IMG/VR virus record: IMGVR_UViG_3300042691_019444
Coordinates: 28,971-92,970 of that record
Source: a virus
Reading direction: 5' to 3' (one strand)
Length of the DNA: 64,000 bases
Below are positions 56,744 to 64,000 of this stretch, piece by piece. Each line of letters begins with the position of its first letter. Within the stretch, counting starts at the first letter, position 1. Below the pieces are notes generated by a model that saw only the letters and a program-made list of their open reading frames with translations, did not search any database and was not told where the DNA came from. Position numbers and translations under genes: made by a program.

Positions 56744-58237
56744 ATGGGACATATCAACATCATTGTGGACAACCGTCTACGTCTAGATCCCACTACGCCC
56801 GATTGGGTTGTAAGGAGGTTGTGCGTACCGTTCATCCATAAGAATCCGAAGTTCGCCGAATTGAAGTCTCGTGGCTATTATGCCGCAAAGGAGCCTGAAT
56901 TCATTCGCACGTATGAGATTGATGAGAATGACCAGGCATCGTTCCCCCGTGGTGGTACCGATAGACTCCGTAGCACATTGAAAGACATTGGGTATGAGTG
57001 GGCATTCAGGGACCTAAGTGTGGAGGGAATGCCGGCATCCATTCCGCCCCATAGGCGCACACCCTACGGTTACCAAGAAGAAGCCATTACGATGGCTCTA
57101 CGACGCCGTAATTGCCTCATTAGGGCGCCAACCGGGGCAGGTAAGACAACTATCGCGCTTGCCATAACGGCACGTCTCCAACGCTACACCCTAATCATTG
57201 TGCATCAGTACGGTTTAGAGAAGCAGTGGATGGAGCGGATTGTAGATGAGTTGGGCATACCGGCGAGCGATATTGGAATCATTGGTGGAGGTAAGTTCAG
57301 AATTCGCCCCGTAACGATTGGCATTCAGAAGTCCATATTCAACATCATGGAGAAGGGCGGAGAAGAGGCAGATGAGTTGCGGCGCACGTTTGGATTGGTA
57401 ATTGGGGATGAGATTCAGTTGTTCGCTGCTCGCACGTTCATTGGGTGCATCGATCCGTTTCCAGCTAAGTATAGGTTGGGAATAAGTGCCGATGAAACTC
57501 GTGCCGATAGGAAGGAGTTTCTGATTTACGACCTATTTGGGAAGGTAGCGGCAGACATTCCCAAAGAACGGGTGTTGGAGCAGGGTGCCATTGTGGATGT
57601 GGAGATTAGGGTATATCCGACTAACTTCACATGCCCCGAATATACCGACGCATATAGGCCGGATTTCAATCTGTTGCTTGAGCGGATGAAGTACGACGTT
57701 GATCGCAACGAAGTTGTGATGAATGCGATTGCTGAAGCCCGTAAGCTGGGAACTGTAATGGTGTTTTCGCATCGCATTGACCATTGCCACCTAATTGACT
57801 CAATGTGCGCGGAAGCCCGTATCAAGTCCGGTCTGATGATTGGTAGTAAGGAGTGGGCAAGTGCATTCGACGCTACGAAGCTAGGGTTGAAACAAGGAAC
57901 GATCGATGTGGCGATTGGTACGATCAAAGCGATCGGGCAAGGACTGGATATACCGAGCGTGAACAGCGGAGTAGTAACAACCCCACTAGCTGGCGGTAAA
58001 GGTAAACAGCAATTTGGACAAGTGAGGGGGCGAATTTGTAGGGCCTCACACGGCAAAAGTGTAGGGTTCATTCACTACATTTGGGACCGGCATATTGTGG
58101 GGATTGCTGCGCTACGCAACCTGATTCGGTGGAACACCAAAGTCGTAGTTCTGAATGACGGAGTGTGGGTGGACGCCAAACGGTATGTTCAGCTATTGCG
58201 AAAGTCCCTAACGGATTTCAGCAAGGGAGGTATGTGA
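56744..58237 (+). CDS. SF2 (DEAD/DEAH-like) helicase
   Basis: APTGAGKT, GDEIQ, ISAD, GQGLDIP, QVRGRICR. Confidence 0.9.
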   Translation: MGHINIIVDNRLRLDPTTPDWVVRRLCVPFIHKNPKFAELKSRGYYAAKEPEFIRTYEIDENDQASFPRGGTDRLRSTLKDIGYEWAFRDLSVEGMPASIPPHRRTPYGYQEEAITMALRRRNCLIRAPTGAGKTTIALAITARLQRYTLIIVHQYGLEKQWMERIVDELGIPASDIGIIGGGKFRIRPVTIGIQKSIFNIMEKGGEEADELRRTFGLVIGDEIQLFAARTFIGCIDPFPAKYRLGISADETRADRKEFLIYDLFGKVAADIPKERVLEQGAIVDVEIRVYPTNFTCPEYTDAYRPDFNLLLERMKYDVDRNEVVMNAIAEARKLGTVMVFSHRIDHCHLIDSMCAEARIKSGLMIGSKEWASAFDATKLGLKQGTIDVAIGTIKAIGQGLDIPSVNSGVVTTPLAGGKGKQQFGQVRGRICRASHGKSVGFIHYIWDRHIVGIAALRNLIRWNTKVVVLNDGVWVDAKRYVQLLRKSLTDFSKGGM

Positions 58238-58500
58238 TGAAGGTGCGGTCTATTACGGTTACGGTCGGACCCGTTACGTTTTCGCCAGTGTCATACAATA
58301 CGTTTGTGGTCGGACCACTGAGTATGACGGCCGAGATTCAGGAGGGGGATGATGAGAAGGAGGTTATTGCCGATATGACCTCCACACTCAGAAAGATGTT
58401 AGCCCAACAACACGCAACTATGGTTGCTGATTACGCGAAGTCGCTCGATTACAACGATCGCGCAGTCAAAGAATTCATGCGCTCAAAGGGTAGGGGTTGA
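58237..58500 (+). CDS. hypothetical protein
   Basis: GGAGG RBS; coupled. Confidence 0.65.
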   Translation: MKVRSITVTVGPVTFSPVSYNTFVVGPLSMTAEIQEGDDEKEVIADMTSTLRKMLAQQHATMVADYAKSLDYNDRAVKEFMRSKGRG

Positions 58501-58537
58501 GCATGAGACGTAGGTTGGTGGACAACGAACCAATCCG

Positions 58538-58555
58538 CCGCAACACGTGTTGCGG
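58538..58555. repeat. 18-bp palindrome copy 23 (exact)
   Basis: Exact match. Confidence 0.97.
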
Positions 58556-58694
58556 TCCCGCGCGTACGTGCGCACATAATAATTTACCAGAAACAACCGC
58601 ATGCGCCCGCGCACACGTACGTACGCATACGCGTGTGAATCCGGATTTGTGTTCCGCTTCGCTACACACAAATCCGGGGGAGCAAGGGGTGGGA

Positions 58695-59243
58695 ATGACA
58701 GGTAATACCGCAACACGTATTGCGGTGCAGTTGGACTTACCGGAGGGGACCACTGAATTGGACTGGGAACTAGTTGGTAAACTGACAACCCCTCAAGTGG
58801 AGTCACCAATTGCGAATAAGATGGCTGATTGGGCACGCGGCCGAACCAAGGGTAGACAGGAATCTACGAGGGAATCAGCCCGTAAGGAAATGGAACGGAT
58901 TATTGGTGGGGATGATTGGGCTAATTGCCGTCCAATCCATTTGGTTGAGCTATATGCGATGTTGCATGAGCGAATCTATGGGGTACCCCCTGAGGAGTTG
59001 GCGTCGAACAGGGTAAGGATTAGTGCAATCCGTACAATCGCCGACATGCTTAGGAGGCACTTCGCCAATGACGTTGAACGTATGGTGGACTTCATTCGGT
59101 GGTGCTGGGTACGGGAAGAAGGACGTCACAATTGGCGACGTAAGAATGGGGTTGAGTTGAAGCGCATGAATTGGCGTTGGCAATTCAGTCCATCAATGCT
59201 GACTGATTACAGGATGGCAATTGCAGACGAACGAGGGGACTAA
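58695..59243 (+). CDS. putative replication initiator / helicase-associated protein
   Basis: Upstream of DnaB-like helicase; start uncertain (ORF open from 58497). Confidence 0.45.
   Translation: MTGNTATRIAVQLDLPEGTTELDWELVGKLTTPQVESPIANKMADWARGRTKGRQESTRESARKEMERIIGGDDWANCRPIHLVELYAMLHERIYGVPPEELASNRVRISAIRTIADMLRRHFANDVERMVDFIRWCWVREEGRHNWRRKNGVELKRMNWRWQFSPSMLTDYRMAIADERGD
58708..58725. repeat. 18-bp palindrome copy 24 (1 mismatch, TATRIA)
   Basis: CCGCAACACGTATTGCGG, the reverse complement of copy 15. Confidence 0.92.
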
Positions 59244-59623
59244 TGCGAACACGTCTCATTCAGTATCGGGATAAGATACCGTACGAGTTGCATGGGGTGA
59301 TTGTGGGGGCGATGGGTGGGGAACCCTACGAGATATTCGACCCCCCGTGGTGGGCAATCCATCGATGGGTATGGTGGTTGTTTATGACTCGGTACCATGG
59401 CAGATGGCGAGCCATACGTGCAACAATCCGCAGACTACTATTGGATTTGAGACTATTGAGCAAACCTGCATTGGGAGAAGTCCGTCCTAGGTCTGAACCT
59501 AGCTTCAAATACGGCATAATCGATTTCCGCGTGGACCGATGGGTTCGCAGTGTGAGGGTGTGGAGAATTACCGAAGTGAATGTTTCATATTGGGAGCGCG
59601 TACCATGGCACGGAAACCGATAG
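59243..59623 (+). CDS. Trp/Arg-rich hypothetical protein
   Basis: Coupled ORF. Confidence 0.5.
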   Translation: MRTRLIQYRDKIPYELHGVIVGAMGGEPYEIFDPPWWAIHRWVWWLFMTRYHGRWRAIRATIRRLLLDLRLLSKPALGEVRPRSEPSFKYGIIDFRVDRWVRSVRVWRITEVNVSYWERVPWHGNR

Positions 59624-61083
59624 ATACCGATGACGAGAAGACACGAGTTGAACCGGTAGTGGTCAATCACAATACGACCAATGAGCAAATCATAATTGCG
59701 GCCGCACTGGCAGATGAATGGACCAGAAAGCGGTTGGTTCGGCGGTTCGGAAACCCCGATGCATTTGGGGCCAAGATTCATTCCAAGCTATGGGGGGCAA
59801 TCATCACGATGGATGCGGAGAGGTTGGAGTTTGACCCCGCAACCATACAGTCGTTGGTTGATACGGATACGGCTGAGTATGCACAGGAGTTGGTGGATGC
59901 CCGCCCGGTTGTACCCCCCAACCTAGACCACCATATCGAGATGTTGGATTGGGATATGCGTAGGTTGAGGGTTGCTCAGACCTCATTGGCTGAACTAATC
60001 CACAACATAAAGAACCCGAGCGCCGGTAAGGATACGATTGCGACGCTCGCTAGGTCGATTTCTGAGGAGTTGGGGCACGGTGAGGATAGGTTGCGGATTG
60101 ATTCGAATGAGGTTCTGACTAAGCAATTCGCAGACATCGATGCCCGGTGCAAGGGGATTGCAATCTACCCATATGGTTTGGATGGCTTTGACAGGTATGA
60201 GGACGACGAACCCCGAATCATGCCCGGAATGGCACCTAAACAGACAACGCTAATTACCGGGGTGAGCGGTAGTGGTAAGTCGTCTGTTACGGCCCGAATC
60301 ATACTGGAACAGATAAGGATGGGCCGTAAGGTTGTGTATGGGGCATGGGAGATGAATCCCGGCATTACGCTGGAGTTGTTGGCTGTTCTGAAGTTGCAAC
60401 TGAGTAGAACCAAATTCGTCGCAGGTCTCTACACACCTGCCGAGATCGTGAATGTGAAGGTTGCGATGCGGGAGCTTGCCAAGTTCATCACATTCATCGA
60501 AGTACCGAGTGTGATAATTCGACGTAAGAGGGAGACGCGGTCTTCAATACGCCCCAACAATACTCAGAGCATCAACCTGTTATGTGATGAGCTGGATGAG
60601 TTGAGTCCGGATGTGTTCGTTGGGGACTTGGTACGTAAGTCGTTTATGTCGTTGGACCCAGAGCAAGAAGAACTTGCACTGAATCTGTTTCAGCGGCGCA
60701 TCGAGAACAGTAGTTACCACGCTATGTTCGTACAGCAACAACGACTCAAGGACATTGAGATGCGCCCCGATAAACGCCCTACACGCGAGGGCGTAAAGGG
60801 TAGTTCGGCATGGGTTGAGATGGCCGATACCGCGTTAGGGGTGCACAGGGAGGCGTTGTGGAAGGATGTGGACGACAACATCATTGAGATTGACGTCATG
60901 AAGCAACGATACGGGAAATGGCCGTTAGCAGTTCAATTCGATTGGAATCCACTGTTCTCAACACTCAAGTTGGGGAGGACTGTGGATTACTCGATTGGAT
61001 TGGGGGAGGAGAACGGCGTAGGGGCTAGTGGAGTCGACACCATATTGGGACGCAAGGGGCGGAAATATGGGCGGCGAGGTTGA
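59605..61083 (+). CDS. replicative DNA helicase (DnaB-like)
   Basis: EQIIIAA N-terminal domain, GVSGSGKS, WEM, RP...KGS...EMAD, KQRYG. Confidence 0.88.
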   Translation: MARKPIDTDDEKTRVEPVVVNHNTTNEQIIIAAALADEWTRKRLVRRFGNPDAFGAKIHSKLWGAIITMDAERLEFDPATIQSLVDTDTAEYAQELVDARPVVPPNLDHHIEMLDWDMRRLRVAQTSLAELIHNIKNPSAGKDTIATLARSISEELGHGEDRLRIDSNEVLTKQFADIDARCKGIAIYPYGLDGFDRYEDDEPRIMPGMAPKQTTLITGVSGSGKSSVTARIILEQIRMGRKVVYGAWEMNPGITLELLAVLKLQLSRTKFVAGLYTPAEIVNVKVAMRELAKFITFIEVPSVIIRRKRETRSSIRPNNTQSINLLCDELDELSPDVFVGDLVRKSFMSLDPEQEELALNLFQRRIENSSYHAMFVQQQRLKDIEMRPDKRPTREGVKGSSAWVEMADTALGVHREALWKDVDDNIIEIDVMKQRYGKWPLAVQFDWNPLFSTLKLGRTVDYSIGLGEENGVGASGVDTILGRKGRKYGRRG

Positions 61084-62020
61084 CGTACCTAGGTTGTTGA
61101 GAGCGTTGCGAATTGATGCACGTCTGAATGGGAATGAGTGGTGGGCACCATGCCCTAATCCAAAGCACGCCGAACACATCCCTAGTTGGTCGATTAGGGA
61201 TGATGCCGATAGGGAGAATCACGGAAACCATTATTGCTTTGGATGTGAGTGGGGCGGGGATGCGATTGAGTTGGCGAGCGTGGTTACGGGGATGTCCCGC
61301 AGGGCTACGCGTGAGTGGTTGGTAGAGCACGGGCTAATTCGTAGTAAGCGGGGTGAATTGCCAACAATTAGGGTTGTTGTGCGTAGTCCGGTGAAGACTG
61401 CTGTGAGCTTACCGTTTGGTGTGAATTTGAAGCCTCTTAGTGAGTGGTCCGAAAGCGCGAGAGCATATGCGGTTCGGAGAGGTATCACTGACGGTCAGGT
61501 AAGAGACTTCCGGTTGGGCTATGCAATACGGGGGCGACTAGAGGGCCGGATTGTGTTTCCGGCATACGATAAGAACGGTGCAATTACGGGTTACACGTCC
61601 AGAACGTTTAGAGACCACGAAACTAGGTATCTCAATCCCAACACCAGTGAGGGGTTTCCGGAGCACAAGGCAATCTTTGGGGAGCATTTATGGGATGGTG
61701 ATTCGGTTGTGGTTACGTCGGAGGGGGCCATCAACGTACTCAGTGCTCACGCCGTAATGCCATCCATCAATGTGGCTGGCCTGTATGGGTCACATCTGAA
61801 GGAAACGCAAGTGCTGAAACTAGCGAGGTTTCGGAAAATCGTAGTGTTGGAAGACCCCGACCCAACCGGGCGTGATTATGCGGTTGAGTTGAAGGAAGCA
61901 TTCTTTGAGTCGGACACCAGAGTGGTAGTTGCCAAGATGCCGGATGGGTACGACCCGAATGCCCTGTACTGTAAAGACCCTGAAGTGCTGAGATGCCTAA
62001 TAAGGGAGGCTGTGAAATGA
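61067..62020 (+). CDS. DNA primase (CHC2 zinc finger + TOPRIM)
   Basis: CPNPKH...YCFGC, GRIVFP...GYTSR, EG, DPDPTG, DPN. Confidence 0.88.
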   Translation: MGGEVDVPRLLRALRIDARLNGNEWWAPCPNPKHAEHIPSWSIRDDADRENHGNHYCFGCEWGGDAIELASVVTGMSRRATREWLVEHGLIRSKRGELPTIRVVVRSPVKTAVSLPFGVNLKPLSEWSESARAYAVRRGITDGQVRDFRLGYAIRGRLEGRIVFPAYDKNGAITGYTSRTFRDHETRYLNPNTSEGFPEHKAIFGEHLWDGDSVVVTSEGAINVLSAHAVMPSINVAGLYGSHLKETQVLKLARFRKIVVLEDPDPTGRDYAVELKEAFFESDTRVVVAKMPDGYDPNALYCKDPEVLRCLIREAVK

Positions 62021-62544
62021 AAGCTAGTAAGGTTTCGGATGACGACATCATGTTGGCAATCGTAAAGGCGCGTGGAGTGCTTTCGAATGCTGCTCCCATA
62101 TTGGGCATCAGTCGAATAACGCTTTGGAGATTGATTGGTAGCAGGGGGTTAGGGGACCGCGTTGATGAGGTGCGGGTGTCTATAGCGAATCATGGGCTTG
62201 AGGGTGTGCCTAAGAATAAGACCGTTCCAAGCCCATGGCCGCTGATTAGTCAGTACGCGTATGCGGGGCAGACCGATATGGTGTTAGGGATGTTGAGGGT
62301 GGCAATCGAGAAGGCCAGGGGGGACCTTAGGAAAGCTGGACGCCTATTGGGTATTAGTCGGTCCAGCGCATACAATTATGTGGAGCGCTACCAGCTCCGG
62401 GGGTTCGTTGCCGCAACACGTGTTGCGGCACGGGTTGAACGCGTACGGCGTAAGGCCAGGCCGAAGGGTGTGGGCCAACCCGAATGGAAGGGTCGGTGGA
62501 AGACTAAGGGCAATCACGGTTTAGTCGAACAAAATCGACCCTAG
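62017..62544 (+). CDS. tandem Fis-type HTH DNA-binding protein
   Basis: KARGVLSNAAPILGISRITLWR and KARGDLRKAGRLLGISRSSAYN. Confidence 0.75.
   Translation: MKASKVSDDDIMLAIVKARGVLSNAAPILGISRITLWRLIGSRGLGDRVDEVRVSIANHGLEGVPKNKTVPSPWPLISQYAYAGQTDMVLGMLRVAIEKARGDLRKAGRLLGISRSSAYNYVERYQLRGFVAATRVAARVERVRRKARPKGVGQPEWKGRWKTKGNHGLVEQNRP
62411..62428. repeat. 18-bp palindrome copy 25 (exact, in Fis-HTH CDS as AATRVA)
   Basis: Extends to a 22-bp palindrome TGCC...GGCA. Confidence 0.97.
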
Positions 62545-62679
62545 GTAGAATCGGAGCGGGGTCCAGCACCGGTTACCCTACCGGTCGGTCAAACGTTCGA
62601 TCTAGGGCTACGCAAGATTTAGCACATAACCTCATGTGAAATTTCCACGATGTGCAATGGTTGCGTGGTTTCTGGGGTG

Positions 62680-62695
62680 TGCAAGGGATGTGCCG
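62680..62695 (-). promoter_or_regulatory. sigma54-like promoter (-24/-12)
   Basis: Minus strand CGGCAC-ATCCC-TTGCA with correct GG-N10-GC spacing. Confidence 0.4.
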
Positions 62696-62854
62696 TTGCA
62701 CCATTGCAAATTCGAAATTTGAGCATTGCAAGGTTGCAATATCACTCTGCGGTGAGCCAATTCTTCCACTTGGGTGGGCTTAGGTTACGCAGGGGTAAAT
62801 TTCAAAGTTGAAATTGGGGGTGTGGCAAGTGATTGGATTTGCTCAGCCAAACCT

Positions 62855-62870
62855 TGGCACACGGGGTGCA
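62855..62870 (+). promoter_or_regulatory. sigma54-like promoter (-24/-12)
   Basis: TGGCAC-ACGGG-GTGCA with correct spacing. Confidence 0.5.
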
Positions 62871-63031
62871 ATATAGCTTTTGTGCAAGGGCAGTAACGGT
62901 AACCAATTGCAAAAGGAGACGGGCAGATAGGTGTAGGTAGTGCGGTGGTAACGCGGGTTGACCTAGTGACCGCGTGAGGCGCACTGAAAAACCGGAGGGT
63001 GCATTGCGTGCACCCGTACGGCACTAGGCTG

Positions 63032-63044
63032 GATCTTTGACAAC
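63032..63044 (+). promoter_or_regulatory. boxA-like antitermination element
   Basis: GATCTTTGACAAC resembles rrn/nut boxA, in a noncoding leader. Confidence 0.5.
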
Positions 63045-63106
63045 ATAACGCAGTAAGCCAACGGGCGCACCATACGGTACCAAATGCAGGGAGGTAGGGT
63101 GCGCTA

Positions 63107-63124
63107 CCGCAACACGTGTTGCGG
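63107..63124. repeat. 18-bp palindrome copy 26 (exact)
   Basis: Exact match. Confidence 0.97.
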
Positions 63125-63143
63125 TTAGGCTGCTAGAGACGGC

Positions 63144-63462
63144 GATATTTAGTGCTCTAAGCCTGTAACTAGGAGAGCGCCATGAACATGAAACAAGTTG
63201 TAAGGTGTGTGAATGATACGCTGATGGCAGACGTCGGGATTCAGTGCACTAACGCTAGTATAGAGCGTGCAGTGCGTGAAGATTGTGCAAATGTGGCAGG
63301 GACTTACCCAAGCAAGCGCGAGATTGAATTGCTAATCATGGGGGATGATGAAGGAAACATCCCTGAAACCGTAGTATGTAGGTTTCCGAATTTGAGTGCC
63401 CTAATTAGTGAGCAGTTCTAAATCGGTCCGGTACGTGTTACCGGTTTAGAGCACTAAATATC
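63144..63462. repeat. 26-bp inverted repeat pair flanking a single gene
   Basis: 63144-63169 GATATTTAGTGCTCTAAGCCTGTAAC vs 63437-63462 (reverse complement GATATTTAGTGCTCTAAACCGGTAAC), 24/26 identical. Confidence 0.9.
63182..63421 (+). CDS. hypothetical protein enclosed by inverted repeats
   Basis: AGGAG RBS; 79 aa. Confidence 0.65.
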   Translation: MNMKQVVRCVNDTLMADVGIQCTNASIERAVREDCANVAGTYPSKREIELLIMGDDEGNIPETVVCRFPNLSALISEQF

Positions 63463-63474
63463 AAACTGAAGTTC

Positions 63475-63533
63475 AGTGCCCCGAGCCCGTAACCATTACA
63501 ACAGAGTTGTGGGCGTTGCTGGCTCGGGGCACT
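63475..63533. other. long hairpin (possible RNA processing site)
   Basis: AGTGCCCCGAGCC / GGCTCGGGGCACT 13-bp stem plus inner ACAAC/GTTGT stem. Confidence 0.7.
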
Positions 63534-63577
63534 CAATTTCGGGTGTGCAACGTAAAGCAAACAACGGAGAAATCATC

Positions 63578-64000
63578 ATGAAGAAGAATGTAACTGCAAC
63601 GTTCGCCGGAATCGTCAACGCCATCGCCGACAAGGGTGCAAAGTCCCCCCGCGAAGCTCGCGACAATTCCGCACGTATGGCCAAGTTGGTTGAGACGCTC
63701 TCAACTGGCATCCTTGTCCGTGAAGGGAAGAAGGATGTCAATGTGGGTCCAACCCACGGTCTTCACCTAGCAATGACTCTCATTCGGTACCAGATCAAAG
63801 CGGGTGAGAAGCCTGCACTCCCCGAGAAGTACATTCAGCGTTACCCGTGGGAGAAGGCCCACGACGCCCTCCTGGCACTGGCCGATGAGGCCAAATTGGA
63901 TCGAGAGACCTTGTTGGGAGCATTCGGTATCAAGGTTCGCTATCCGACCCCTGCGGTGGAGACCCCTGCGGTGGAGACCCCTGCGGTGGAGACCCCTGCG
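63578..64000 (+). CDS. hypothetical protein (partial, runs off the window)
   Basis: GGAG RBS; MKKNVTATFAGIV...; ends in TPAVE repeats. Confidence 0.7.
   Translation, partial: MKKNVTATFAGIVNAIADKGAKSPREARDNSARMAKLVETLSTGILVREGKKDVNVGPTHGLHLAMTLIRYQIKAGEKPALPEKYIQRYPWEKAHDALLALADEAKLDRETLLGAFGIKVRYPTPAVETPAVETPAVETPA
63946..64000 (+). repeat. 15-bp tandem repeat GACCCCTGCGGTGGA (at least 3.7 units)
   Basis: Direct reading; encodes TPAVE. Confidence 0.9.

Noticed and set aside
726-63124. Palindrome series as a CRISPR array
   Set aside because: Copies are 0.17-5.5 kb apart with whole genes between them; there are no regular short spacers and no cas genes.
726-63124. Palindromes as rho-independent terminators or REP/IS ends
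   Set aside because: No U-tracts follow them, several lie inside CDSs or within coupled operons, and no transposase or target-site duplication is visible.
1-64000. tRNA/rRNA genes, integrase, introns/inteins, stop-codon recoding
   Set aside because: None recognised by eye; core genes are uninterrupted under the standard code. A tRNA/Rfam scan was not possible.

Overview
The window is a large part of a tailed dsDNA phage genome with a contractile (myovirus-type) tail. Almost all genes are on the + strand. Gene order: probable terminase small subunit; about 8 kb of small accessory genes (DUF4942-like, MazG-like, Dam-like); terminase large subunit; about 17 kb of accessory genes including NADAR, HAD phosphatase, HNH and a seven-gene putative DNA hypermodification operon (ParB-like, radical SAM, two glycosyltransferases, FkbM methyltransferase, radical SAM/SPASM, ParB-like); portal, MuF-like, scaffold and major capsid; neck, sheath, tube, chaperone with a -1 frameshift, tape measure, baseplate and fibre; lysis genes; SF2 helicase, DnaB-like helicase and primase; a tandem Fis-type HTH protein; and a control region with sigma54-like promoters, a boxA-like element and long inverted repeats. 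The most striking signal is an 18-bp perfect palindrome, CCGCAACACGTGTTGCGG. I counted 26 copies by eye (21 exact, 5 with one mismatch), spread about every 2.5 kb over the whole window. Most copies lie between a stop codon and the next ribosome-binding site; six are recoded into proteins, always as A-T-R-V/I-A. The site has parS-like geometry (5 bp + CACGTG + 5 bp) and co-occurs with two ParB-family proteins that bracket the modification operon. This suggests, by inference only, a system that marks phage DNA as self. All family calls come from motif recognition by eye; no database search was run.
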